The notes under the pieces are model-generated. The model searched no databases and had not been told where the DNA came from. It was given only the letters and a program-made list of their open reading frames with translations. The translations under genes and the position numbers were made by a program. A stretch of DNA of 64,000 bases from Dehalococcoidia bacterium (lineage in GTDB: Bacteria; Chloroflexota; Dehalococcoidia; Plut-88900), in NCBI GenBank assembly GCA_965197585.1, contig OZ240215.1, forward strand, positions 544,001 through 608,000, written 5' to 3'. This document shows, piece by piece, positions 47,008 through 56,429 of the stretch (within the stretch, counting starts at the first letter, position 1; each line of letters starts with the position of its first letter).

Positions 47008-47688
47008 CTAGTCCTCTGAGTCCAGATAGCTGTCCCACATGTCGATATAAACCGATTCCGTCTCCGATGCCTCCTCGCCCCACAGCTCCCGCGCCTCGAA
47101 CCTGACGTTATAGATGTGCTGAGGCTGGGGGCCGAGCCCCTGCGCCTTGGTGTCGTCGAAGCTGTGTACTCCGTGCAGCCGGGTCACGACACCTGATCTT
47201 CCCCGTATATATCTCGGCAGCCGCGTGTGGCCCTGCGGGTTGATGGTGCGTGCCCGCACCCGGTCCCCGACCTTGAATCTTGGCTCCGCCTCGGTCTCCC
47301 GCTGCGGAGATCTGTGCCTGTAAATGGCCGCCGCCATAGTGGAAGCCTGCTCGGGGTCTTCATGGCGCTCGGGTGCGGACTTCGGGTCACTTGCGAAATG
47401 CGCAGTACGGCGGTCAATCTCCTCCCTGGTGGTAACGCCCTTGCTGACAAGGGCGTCTTCCAGCGCACCCATCCACCTTTCGTAGTAGCTTGACCTCAGA
47501 TAACGCGCCGGCTCCAGTTCTTCGATGAACGGCCTCAGTCCGCCGGGGGCCATGAGCCGTTTCTGCCCCGCAGCGATGGCCATCGCGTATACCCGACCCT
47601 CCCAAGGCTCGTGGAAGACGGGCTCATCCGTCTCGATGGGCACGGGCCCAAACCCGTGCATGCCACCCATGTCGTGGATTCCGTTCAT
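47008..47688 (-). CDS. nthB: Nitrile hydratase beta subunit
   Basis: MNGIHDMGGMHGFG, FHEPWEGR, SYYERW, GHTRLPRYIRG, ELWG. Confidence 0.96.
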   Translation of the reverse strand: MNGIHDMGGMHGFGPVPIETDEPVFHEPWEGRVYAMAIAAGQKRLMAPGGLRPFIEELEPARYLRSSYYERWMGALEDALVSKGVTTREEIDRRTAHFASDPKSAPERHEDPEQASTMAAAIYRHRSPQRETEAEPRFKVGDRVRARTINPQGHTRLPRYIRGRSGVVTRLHGVHSFDDTKAQGLGPQPQHIYNVRFEARELWGEEASETESVYIDMWDSYLDSED

Positions 47689-47718
47689 ATCAAGTCTTGC
47701 CTTGCTGCTGATGCCGTA

Positions 47719-48708
47719 CTAAGCACCCGTGAGCTCGCTGGTTTTGGTAGCGTTTCTCAAAGACTCCAAATTCACATACGTGTACTTCTGTGTAAACGCA
47801 GTTCCCTTGCCGCTTTTGCTCTTCTTATCGTTCTTGACGGGGCCTACAAGTTTAAATGTCTCTTCGTCATCAAAACCGCTCAGAAATATCCACTGATGAG
47901 CTCGACTAAAGTGGATTTGAAAGAAATCTCGCATTTCTTGCGTTACACTATTCTTCTTCATTTCAAATTCGGCTTTAAGTTGCTCTGCAAAAGCCCTTTG
48001 CTCTCCGTCAAGTGATTCGATTTCGCCTGGCTTGTCAAGGGTTAGGGGTTTGATCACGGATTTTATCTTGGCGACTCTCGGTTTGATCTCGTTGTCCTTA
48101 GAAAAGGCAATATACCCAGAGGGTCGAAATGACCAACTGCCGGGACACATGTATACGCTGAACTCCTTGTAAGCTGGCCACGCCGCCTTTGCGGCCAGCA
48201 CCAACACCCTAGACTCGTAAGAGCCTACTAATCCATCCTGCTTTAGCATACGAACAAGTTCTCTGAGCAAAAACGCCTCCTTTTCGGAAGCGGGCTCGTC
48301 CTCATCACCAAGTATCCCTTGCACACTTGTGATTAATCTCTGGAAGTTTGACCAGTGCACCCCTTCATCCAAAAGTGGTGGCCGATTCTCGTCTGGTGTG
48401 AGCAGCAGCAACTTCTCACGACCAGTTAGGCTTTGCAAGTGATTCTTAATCTGTACGTGGTTCACACTGTTATGCCACGTTTTAGTCTCTATCCAGACAG
48501 CGGGACTAGTCCGAATTTTGGCATCGGGCCTTGATGATTTGCCTTTCGGTTGGTTTTCAAACGAGATCAAACTAAAAGTCTTCTCATTGAGCAACCCTTG
48601 AAGGATGCGGTCCATATTGGGCAAACTCAACCTCTCAAGGACAGCCAAAAAAGTGGCCGTGACTCGATTTTCCCCCTGCTTATAGACGGAAAAAAGCGAA
48701 GTAGTCAT
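47719..48708 (-). CDS. Putative PD-(D/E)XK nuclease superfamily protein
   Basis: ENRVTATFL...RPDAKI...VWIETK...QIKNH motif order; visibly AT-richer than the flanks. Confidence 0.6.
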   Translation of the reverse strand: MTTSLFSVYKQGENRVTATFLAVLERLSLPNMDRILQGLLNEKTFSLISFENQPKGKSSRPDAKIRTSPAVWIETKTWHNSVNHVQIKNHLQSLTGREKLLLLTPDENRPPLLDEGVHWSNFQRLITSVQGILGDEDEPASEKEAFLLRELVRMLKQDGLVGSYESRVLVLAAKAAWPAYKEFSVYMCPGSWSFRPSGYIAFSKDNEIKPRVAKIKSVIKPLTLDKPGEIESLDGEQRAFAEQLKAEFEMKKNSVTQEMRDFFQIHFSRAHQWIFLSGFDDEETFKLVGPVKNDKKSKSGKGTAFTQKYTYVNLESLRNATKTSELTGA

Positions 48709-48711
48709 TCA

Positions 48712-49920
48712 CTAGGCCGCCAGCTCGAACAGTGCTGCCACCCCCTGGCCACCGCCCACGCACATCGTCTCCAACCCGAGCTTCGAGCCCCGGCGCTTCA
48801 TCTCATACAACATCGTTGCCAGGATCCGGGCCCCGGTGGCCGCTATGGGGTGACCGAGGGATATCCCCGACCCATTAACGTTCAGAATCTCGTGGATGTC
48901 GTCCCTGGGGGCCTGCCATTGATGCACGACGGAGAGTACCTGGGAAGCGAAGGCCTCGTTCAACTCGATCAAGTCGATGTCTCTCCACCCGTATCCGGTC
49001 TTGGCAAATAGCTTGTTGACTGCCGGCACAGGCCCGACCCCCATGTAGGCCGGATGCACCCCCGCCGACGCCCAACCCCTCAGGTAAGCCATCGGCTCCA
49101 GCCCTAGCTCGTCCAGCTTGTCCACTGCAACTACAAGACATACCGACGCAGCGTCGTTCTGTGAGCTGGAGTTGCCCGCCGTGACCGAGCCATCCTTCAT
49201 CAATGCCCTCAGCTTGCCCAGCGATTCCATAGAGGTGTCCTTGCGGGGCCCTTCGTCCGCTTCGAACATCACGGGTGGGCCTCGACGCTGGGGTACGGGA
49301 ACCGGAACTATCTCATCCTTGAACTTGCCCGCCTCTACTGCGGCCACAGCGCGCTGATGGCTGCGCAAGGAATACTCGTCCTGCTCTTCCCTGGAAATCT
49401 CATAATGATCGGCAACGTTCTGCGCCGTCCCGATCATCCCGGCAATGTAGCCGAACCTCTCCTCCGGAGAGGAAGCTTCCCTGCTCCTTACCAGCCGGTC
49501 GTGGAGAGTCATGGACCCCATCCGGCCTCCCCACCGAGCCTTGGTGGTGTAGTATTCGACCCCGCTCATGCTCTCCGCTCCGCCCGCGATCACCACGTCG
49601 GCGTTATCGGTTTGGACAAGCATTGCAGCATTCAGTATGGCCTGAAGCCCCGACGAGCACCTCCGGTCCAACTGGTAGCCTGTTACCTGTAGCGGTAGGT
49701 CGGCCTTCATGGCGCACAACCTACCAATGGCCGGGTTCTCCCCGCTGGAATACCCGTGTCCCAACACAACCTCGTCAATTCTCTCCGGGTCCACCCCGGA
49801 CCTCGACACCGCCTCCCGGATAATCAAGGCCCCCAAGTCCTCTGCAGGTATGTCTTTGAGGGTTCCCCCGAACCTCCCGACGGGCGTGCGAACAGGGCTG
49901 ACAATGGCTACTTCTCTCAT
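48712..49920 (-). CDS. Acetyl-CoA C-acyltransferase (thiolase)
   Basis: [26 protein letters not shown]. Confidence 0.95.
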   Translation of the reverse strand: MREVAIVSPVRTPVGRFGGTLKDIPAEDLGALIIREAVSRSGVDPERIDEVVLGHGYSSGENPAIGRLCAMKADLPLQVTGYQLDRRCSSGLQAILNAAMLVQTDNADVVIAGGAESMSGVEYYTTKARWGGRMGSMTLHDRLVRSREASSPEERFGYIAGMIGTAQNVADHYEISREEQDEYSLRSHQRAVAAVEAGKFKDEIVPVPVPQRRGPPVMFEADEGPRKDTSMESLGKLRALMKDGSVTAGNSSSQNDAASVCLVVAVDKLDELGLEPMAYLRGWASAGVHPAYMGVGPVPAVNKLFAKTGYGWRDIDLIELNEAFASQVLSVVHQWQAPRDDIHEILNVNGSGISLGHPIAATGARILATMLYEMKRRGSKLGLETMCVGGGQGVAALFELAA

Positions 49921-50280
49921 GAAATATGACCTCCGATTTAGTGTCGGGACTGGTGTCCCATATCTTACAGCATCCCCGATCCCTTGCCCTTACCGTGGAC
50001 CCTTCTAGTTGATTAGCAATCCTTAAGTGGGCCAACTGATGAAGACGGGGTTTGCAACTTGCCAATAGCAGCAGTCTTGATTGATTTAGTCAAACAGGCA
50101 CGAATTTTTGATTGTTTTAGGGAGAAAATTTTCATGCCATGCCCGGGAGTAGGTGCGGGTGTTGCGGAACGTTACGAGGATGAACATGGGTATGTGACAT
50201 TATAGGTGAGAGGGGCGAGGTTCAGGCAATAGGCTCGTGTCACAGTCGGGGCTGCTTATCTGCCGTTTATGCCTCCGTAA

Positions 50281-50333
50281 GCTCAGGATGAGCGGCCCAT
50301 TCGCCGGGGGGCAGGCACGAGACCTGCCCTTAC
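50281..50333 (-). repeat. Two REP-like elements downstream of the PhyH gene
   Basis: Minus strand GTAAGGGCAGGTCTCGTGCCTGCCC (GTAG-type hairpin) and GGGCCGCTCATCCTGAGC (matches the copies at 56537 and 56773). Confidence 0.55.
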
Positions 50334-50343
50334 TAGGGAGGGG

Positions 50344-51315
50344 CTAGGCGCAGAGGGGGTCGCCGGGACTCCAGCGGTTGTAGACGGGAGTCGGGCCCTT
50401 GGCCAGGACTTCGCCGGCACGTTCCCAGAGAGTTGCCCACTCGTCGGGGTCGGACAACACCGACTCGGGGTTGGCCTTACTTCGGGCGACGAAACCCGGG
50501 AACCAGGGCCGACCCGTGGCCTGGCCCGTGGGGTTGTACCGGAGATCGAAGCTCCAACGAATGTCATTGCTGCGGTTGGGAAGCGAGCAGTGCATGGTCA
50601 GCTTGTGCATGAACAGAAGGTCGCCGGGCTTGAGGGGCACGGGTATCGCGTCCCCGCCGAGGCGCTCCTCAAGGATATGCACATGCTTCACGTTGGGTTT
50701 GGGAGGGCAGTGAGGCACGAGCCCCGCCCTGTGGCTTCCCGGCACTACCGCCATGCAACCGTTCTCCTCCGTGGCTTCTACTACCGGCAGCCAGACGGTT
50801 AGGATATCCGACTCATCGGCATTGGGGATTATGACGCCCTGGTCCTGGTGCCATGCCGTGTACCCGACCGACGAGTCGCTAAGCATGTCTTCCGGCAGGG
50901 CAGTCTCGGGTGGCTTGATACGGACGTGTTGAACGGGGTTGCAATATATCTCCGGGCCGATGAACTGCTCGACGGCATCCAGCATGCGAGGACTTCTGAG
51001 TAAGTTGAATACTGCGGGGCCCGAGTGGACGGGCATACGCTCTTCGACGTCGGTCTGGGTGAAGGAGATGTCGACGTATGGGTAGTAGTTGCCACGGGTG
51101 GCAATGGCTATCTGGACGAGACGTTTGTTGAATGGCATCCCCTCGAATGCGTCGGAGATCGTGCCCCTTTCGAGCCACATGCGAGAGAGATGGTCGAGCA
51201 GCTCTTCGTACTCTGTGAATACGGGGGCGAGGTCAACCTCGGGGTCAAGCACGTCCCGGGCCACGAGATAGCCCTGCTCCTGGAACTTTTCCATGTCGAA
51301 GACTTGCTGAGTCAT
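50344..51315 (-). CDS. Phytanoyl-CoA dioxygenase (PhyH) family 2OG-Fe(II) oxygenase
   Basis: WHQD, ENGCMAVVPGSH, H...SLPNRSNDIRWS. Confidence 0.9.
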   Translation of the reverse strand: MTQQVFDMEKFQEQGYLVARDVLDPEVDLAPVFTEYEELLDHLSRMWLERGTISDAFEGMPFNKRLVQIAIATRGNYYPYVDISFTQTDVEERMPVHSGPAVFNLLRSPRMLDAVEQFIGPEIYCNPVQHVRIKPPETALPEDMLSDSSVGYTAWHQDQGVIIPNADESDILTVWLPVVEATEENGCMAVVPGSHRAGLVPHCPPKPNVKHVHILEERLGGDAIPVPLKPGDLLFMHKLTMHCSLPNRSNDIRWSFDLRYNPTGQATGRPWFPGFVARSKANPESVLSDPDEWATLWERAGEVLAKGPTPVYNRWSPGDPLCA

Positions 51316-51400
51316 CCGAGTGCCCCCTTTTAGGGTCAATGCAAGCGAACCTTGGGATAGGGTAAATCCGCGACTCGAGGGCCGTCAACCGAAAGGGCTG

Positions 51401-52957
51401 CTAGTGGCGCAGGGCCCGACCCGGCAACGCCCCCGTGTGCTCTCCCCGATCGATGACGAGCTTGCCATTGACGACAACGTAGTAGATGCCTATGGGCAGC
51501 TGCTCCGGCTCATCGAAGGTGGCCGTGGCCTGAACGGTGTCGGGGTTGAAGACCACGATGTCGGCTTTCATACCGTTTCGCAGGATCCCCCTGTCCGAAA
51601 GCCCGAGCCTCTGGGCCGGGATAGATGTCATTTTTCGCACCGCTTCTTCGAGGGAGACCACGCCCTCGTCCCGGGCCAGTTGACCAAGCAGGTAGGGGAA
51701 GGTGCCGTAGGTGCGGGGGTTGGGTTTGTTGCCGGTGAGCAGGCCATCGCTCCCGACCATGTGCGCGGGATGCTGGAGGATGGTGCGTATGTTGTCCGGG
51801 TTGCCGGTGCGGGCCACGAAGGCGACATCCAGGTTTTCCTCTATCAGCAGGTCGCAAACGGTGTCGACTATGGACTTGTCCCAGGCCCGAGCCATGTCTT
51901 CCAGGGACCGGCCTTCCCACTCCTTGTTCTTGTCGGAGCCGATCTGGCTGAAAACGTAATCGCTCATGTCGCCGCCCCATTGAGGGTTGACGCTGTCGGC
52001 GATCTGTTCGCGGACACCGGGATCGTTGATTCGGGCCATGAAGCTGGAAGGCCCGCCGGCGTGGACCCATGCCGGGACCAGGGAGAGGAGCAGGGTGCTG
52101 GCGGCGGGATAGGGGTACTGGTCGAATGTGACGTCCACGCCCCGGTTGCGGCCCTCGTCTATGAGACCGATCATTCGCTCGCCCATGCCGTCCAGGGGGC
52201 TGTGGAAGTGGGAAATCTGGACCGAGACCCCAGCCTCCGCGCCGATGTCTATCGCCTCACGGAACGGGTCCAGGAGACCGTCGCCGCGGTGATAGCGGCA
52301 GTGGGTGATGTACGTGCCGCCGTATGCCCGGAGGCTTTTGCAGATTTCCGTCAGCTCATGCGTGTCGCTGTAGGTTCCGGGGACGTAGGTCAGGCCGGTG
52401 GAGAAACCGAATGCGCCATCCCTCATCCCTTGCTCGACGAGAGATTTCATGTGGACAAGCTCGTCGTCAGAAGGGAGGCGCTGCTCCCAACCCATCGCCT
52501 CGACCCGTACCGCGGCGTGGGGCACGAAGTAGACGACGTTGCAGGCTGCCCTCTCGTCAAATAGGTCGAGGAACTCTTTTACGGAGCCCCAACGGATGTC
52601 GGGCGGGGGCTTGCCGTTGACAGCGGCCAGGTACCAGAGGAGCTGCTCAAGTTTTTCAGGAGAAGACGGGGCGTAGGACAGGCCATCCTGTCCCAGGGCG
52701 TCCGTAGTGACTCCCTGCGCGAGCTTGGCCTCGTGCCTGGGGTTATTCAGGAGAGCGAGGTCCGAGTGGGAGTGCATGTCGATGAAGCCGGGACTGACGA
52801 CACAGCCCGTGGCGTCGATGGTGCGCGCGGCCTGAACTCCCGACGCCTCCCCCCGGATGACGGTCACCGTGTCCCCGGTCACGCCCACGTCGGCGCGGAA
52901 CCAGGTCTGTCCCGTGCCGTCAATGACTCGGCCGCCGGAAATCAGTAGGTCAAACAT
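51401..52957 (-). CDS. N-acyl-D-amino-acid deacylase (D-aminoacylase)
   Basis: PGFIDMHSHSD, STGLTYVPG, DQYPY, GSDG, PRTYGTFP. Confidence 0.9.
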   Translation of the reverse strand: MFDLLISGGRVIDGTGQTWFRADVGVTGDTVTVIRGEASGVQAARTIDATGCVVSPGFIDMHSHSDLALLNNPRHEAKLAQGVTTDALGQDGLSYAPSSPEKLEQLLWYLAAVNGKPPPDIRWGSVKEFLDLFDERAACNVVYFVPHAAVRVEAMGWEQRLPSDDELVHMKSLVEQGMRDGAFGFSTGLTYVPGTYSDTHELTEICKSLRAYGGTYITHCRYHRGDGLLDPFREAIDIGAEAGVSVQISHFHSPLDGMGERMIGLIDEGRNRGVDVTFDQYPYPAASTLLLSLVPAWVHAGGPSSFMARINDPGVREQIADSVNPQWGGDMSDYVFSQIGSDKNKEWEGRSLEDMARAWDKSIVDTVCDLLIEENLDVAFVARTGNPDNIRTILQHPAHMVGSDGLLTGNKPNPRTYGTFPYLLGQLARDEGVVSLEEAVRKMTSIPAQRLGLSDRGILRNGMKADIVVFNPDTVQATATFDEPEQLPIGIYYVVVNGKLVIDRGEHTGALPGRALRH

Positions 52958-53004
52958 TTGTATTTACACCATGCGGTTAGGTAAAAACGTGCGCTTCCCC
53001 TAGC

Positions 53005-54018
53005 TTAATTGTCCAAATCAACCACGTCGTACAGGTAGTCGCCCAGGAAGCCGAGCAGGCCATTGACTGCCAGGTACGGTGTATTGCCGGTCGGGTCGAG
53101 GGGTGGGGCCACCTCGCACAGGTCCAGCGCTTTGATGCAGTCGTACTCACTCAGTATCGCCATTGCTTCCAGGAAGTCCCTTGCCTCGATTCCCTCGAAG
53201 ACCGGCACTCCGGTCCCGGGCGCATGGGATGCGTCTACGACGTCGATGTCCACGCTGACGTAGACTGCGTCCGTTCCGTCCGCCGCTGCCTCTATCGCCT
53301 GCCGAAGCATGTGTTCCATCCCGTTAGTCCGAACGTCCTTCGCGGTTGACATCTTAAGCTGCTGCGTCTTGTACATCTTGTAGATGTCGGCGTCCATAAC
53401 ACTGCCGTTCAGCCCGACCCAGCTCATGTTTTTGTAGGACACCACGGAGTTTTCGCTGATCCTCCGAGCGCACGTTCCGTGGTTGTACCGTCCCAGATCC
53501 CCGTACCCGTCCCGGAAGTCCGTGTGGCTGTCTATGTGCACGTACCCCAACTTGGGTTTCTCACCTCTTTCCATCAGCCCCCGCGCAAACCCCTCGAAAC
53601 CCGGGTATGCCAGGTAGTGGTCGCCACCCAGCAGGATCGGGACCCCTCCCAGCTTCACGATGTCGGACATCCCCTCGATCACTGATTCCGTAGTCTGCAT
53701 GATGTCCTGTGGGTTAACGTGGAAGTCACCCAAGTCGCCCAGGTTAATCTGGGGCTTCAGGCGCCGGGCGATGTGCGTGTCCACGTTCACCGAGGTCTTT
53801 TCGGAGGCAACGTCCTGGAGACCCCTGTACATAAGGGACGCCTCACGGATGCTCCTCGGGCCGAACCGGGCCCCGGCCCTCGGGAACAGGATGCCGTTGT
53901 CGATTGGCGCTCCCACCACCACCGCCATCCCGTCTTTCACGTCCTCCAACCCTATATGCGGAGCGTTGTAGAAGGTCGGTATCCCGACGTACGTGGTTAA
54001 AAATCCAATATCCTTCAC
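53005..54018 (-). CDS. Ureohydrolase (agmatinase family), paralog B
   Basis: GARFGP, GGDHY, DSHTD, SVDIDVVD, APGTG, EVAP; GTG start with AGGAG SD; 337 aa. Confidence 0.9.
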   Translation of the reverse strand: MKDIGFLTTYVGIPTFYNAPHIGLEDVKDGMAVVVGAPIDNGILFPRAGARFGPRSIREASLMYRGLQDVASEKTSVNVDTHIARRLKPQINLGDLGDFHVNPQDIMQTTESVIEGMSDIVKLGGVPILLGGDHYLAYPGFEGFARGLMERGEKPKLGYVHIDSHTDFRDGYGDLGRYNHGTCARRISENSVVSYKNMSWVGLNGSVMDADIYKMYKTQQLKMSTAKDVRTNGMEHMLRQAIEAAADGTDAVYVSVDIDVVDASHAPGTGVPVFEGIEARDFLEAMAILSEYDCIKALDLCEVAPPLDPTGNTPYLAVNGLLGFLGDYLYDVVDLDN

Positions 54019-54076
54019 GGCATATCTCCTAGTTCTTGTCGAGACCGGGCCCCGACCACTACGGTCATATCTCTGC

Positions 54077-55090
54077 CTAGCTGTCCAGGTCCACCACGTC
54101 GAACAGGTAATTGCCCAGGAACCCGACGAGGGCACTGGCCGCCAGGTAGGCTGTCCTGCCGTTCGAGTCTATAGGCGGGGACACCTCGCAAAGGTCAATC
54201 GCCTTCACGCATTCGTACTCGCTCAATATCGACATCGCTTCAAGCAGGTCAGTCGCCTGAATGCCTTCGAAAACCGGCGCCCCTGTCCCGGGCGCCTGGG
54301 ATGCGTCCACGACGTCGATGTCCACGCTCACGTAAACCGCGTCCGTTCCGTCTGCCGCTTCCTCTATAGCCTTCCGAAGCACGTGCTCCATCCCATGCGT
54401 ACGGACGTCATTGGCCGTCGACATTTTCAGCTCTTGCTTCTTGTACATCCGGTAGATGTCGGCGTCCATTATCGTCCCGTTCAGCCCCACCCAGCTCATG
54501 TTCTTGTAGGACACCACGGAGTTCTCGCTGATCCTACGGGCGCAGGTGCCGTGGTTGTACCGTCCCAGATCGCCGTACCTGTCCCGGAAGTCCGTGTGGG
54601 TGTCTATGTGCACGTATCCGAGTTTCGGATTCTCACCCCGCTCCATCAGGCCCCTGGCAAACCCCTCGAAACCCGGGTATGCGAGGTAGTGGTCGCCACC
54701 CAGCAGGACCGGCACCCCACCCAGCTTCACTATGTCGGCGATACCCTCAATCACCGATTCCGTGGTCTTCATGATATCCTGCGGGTTAACGTGGAAGTCA
54801 CCCAGGTCACCGATGTTAATCTCCGGCTTCAACCGCCGGGCGATGTGCGTGTCCACGTTCACCGAGGTCTTTTCGGAGGCCACGTCCTGAAGTCCTCTGT
54901 ACATAAGAGAGGCTTCCCGGATGCTCCTCGGCCCGAACCGGGTCCCGGGCCTCATGAACAGGATTCCCATGTCTATGGGCGCCCCTGCGACTACCGCCAT
55001 GCCTTCCTTCACGTCATCCAGATTAATTTGCGGAGCATTGTAGAAAGTCGGGATTCCTACATAGTCGGTTATGAAACTGACATCTTTCAT
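54077..55090 (-). CDS. Ureohydrolase (agmatinase family), paralog A
   Basis: GTRFGP, GGDHY, DTHTD, SVDIDVVD, APGTG, EVSP; 337 aa. Confidence 0.9.
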   Translation of the reverse strand: MKDVSFITDYVGIPTFYNAPQINLDDVKEGMAVVAGAPIDMGILFMRPGTRFGPRSIREASLMYRGLQDVASEKTSVNVDTHIARRLKPEINIGDLGDFHVNPQDIMKTTESVIEGIADIVKLGGVPVLLGGDHYLAYPGFEGFARGLMERGENPKLGYVHIDTHTDFRDRYGDLGRYNHGTCARRISENSVVSYKNMSWVGLNGTIMDADIYRMYKKQELKMSTANDVRTHGMEHVLRKAIEEAADGTDAVYVSVDIDVVDASQAPGTGAPVFEGIQATDLLEAMSILSEYECVKAIDLCEVSPPIDSNGRTAYLAASALVGFLGNYLFDVVDLDS

Positions 55091-55105
55091 TCCCAGTCTC
55101 CCCTT

Positions 55106-56311
55106 TTATTCATCCTGCTTGAACAGATAGTAGTTGTATTCATGCTTCCCCACCAGTACCTCCCCCTCTTCAAAGCGCGCCAACCGGAAGGGCCGGATGT
55201 CGACACTCGAAGCTTTCCCATCCACGATCAGCTCCGACATACACTTCCCTACCGCCGGCCCGATCTTGAATCCCGTGCCGCTCATCCCAACTGCCAGGTA
55301 CAGGCCTTCAATCCCCGGCGCCTTGTCCAGAATCAGGTGCCCGTCCGGCGTGTTCCCATCCACCCCGCTCCAGGACCTCACCCATGCAGCATCTTCCATC
55401 GCCGGTATCCGGGCGGCGATCCTGCGGCTGGTCCGCAGGGACCATCTCATGTCGGGCTCCGCATCATAGTTGTCGGGATCAAGGTTTTCGGGGGACTCAT
55501 GCCTGTCGACGACACTGCTGAACCCGAGCAGGGTAAGCTCTCCGGGCTCGGGCCTGAAGTAGATGCCGTTGGCTGCGTCGATGCACGCCGGGTGACTCCC
55601 GTGCAGAACGGGCGGCCTCTTAAGCACCCCCACCGACAACAGCATACCGTTGATTGGCAGGTCGAGTCCCACCCCCGCACCTAACTCCTTCGACCACGCC
55701 CCTCCCGCCAGGACAACGGTGTCCGTGAAAATCGTTCGCTTGCTAGTCTCCACACCCGTCACCCGGCCCCCCTCCTCGACTATCCTCAACACTTCCTCTC
55801 CCTGCGACACCTCCGCCCCGAGCTCCTGTGCCCGCCGCACGAAACCCGTCGCCGCCGAGTGGGGGTCTCCGTAGCCGCTGTCGGGCTCGTAGGCCGCTGC
55901 GCCGACGTCACCCACGTACCATTCGGGAAGCAGCTCCTGAAGGGCGTCGGGGTCCAGGGCGTAGGTGTTTATCCCGGCCTCTTCCTGAAGGATATCCACG
56001 TTGGCCTGTAGCTTCTCCTTCTCCTTTTCCCCGACGATGAACACAAACCCCGAGTTGACGAAACCGCTCTCCCCGCCGATCAGGTCTCCCCAGTTCGAGT
56101 ACACATCCCCCCCCATCTTCGCCATCGCCGAGTCCCAGGGGTTGGTGTAGTGCATCCGTATAACCGCAGTGGCCTTCCCCGTCGCCCCGCCCGCGATCGA
56201 CCCCTTGTCCACGAGCGTAACCCCCACCCCCTTCTCCGAGAGGTAGTGTGTAATGCTGCTGCCCACAATCCCCGCCCCGATGACCACCGCCTCCGCCGAA
56301 TTTTTCTCCAT
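55106..56311 (-). CDS. FAD-dependent amine oxidoreductase (sarcosine oxidase beta/DadA-like)
   Basis: GAGIVG, GATGKA, TPDGHLIL, GMSGTGFKIGP. Confidence 0.88.
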   Translation of the reverse strand: MEKNSAEAVVIGAGIVGSSITHYLSEKGVGVTLVDKGSIAGGATGKATAVIRMHYTNPWDSAMAKMGGDVYSNWGDLIGGESGFVNSGFVFIVGEKEKEKLQANVDILQEEAGINTYALDPDALQELLPEWYVGDVGAAAYEPDSGYGDPHSAATGFVRRAQELGAEVSQGEEVLRIVEEGGRVTGVETSKRTIFTDTVVLAGGAWSKELGAGVGLDLPINGMLLSVGVLKRPPVLHGSHPACIDAANGIYFRPEPGELTLLGFSSVVDRHESPENLDPDNYDAEPDMRWSLRTSRRIAARIPAMEDAAWVRSWSGVDGNTPDGHLILDKAPGIEGLYLAVGMSGTGFKIGPAVGKCMSELIVDGKASSVDIRPFRLARFEEGEVLVGKHEYNYYLFKQDE

Positions 56312-56429
56312 TAAGACTGCCCTTTAGAAAACGGGTTCAACTGAAACTCCCGACGAATCTAGCCATCCGGCCATATCATGTCAACCCGCCCGGCCTGCTA
56401 CATCTCTCCCTATGAGCCCTTTGCATAAC

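Noticed and set aside
51320-52564. 414-aa plus-strand ORF (similarly 61609-62757, 62800-63666, 9800-10702)
   Set aside because: Antisense to well-supported genes
53993-55684. 563-aa plus-strand ORF
   Set aside because: Antisense shadow of the ureohydrolase and FAD oxidoreductase; no motifs; typical of high-GC codon bias
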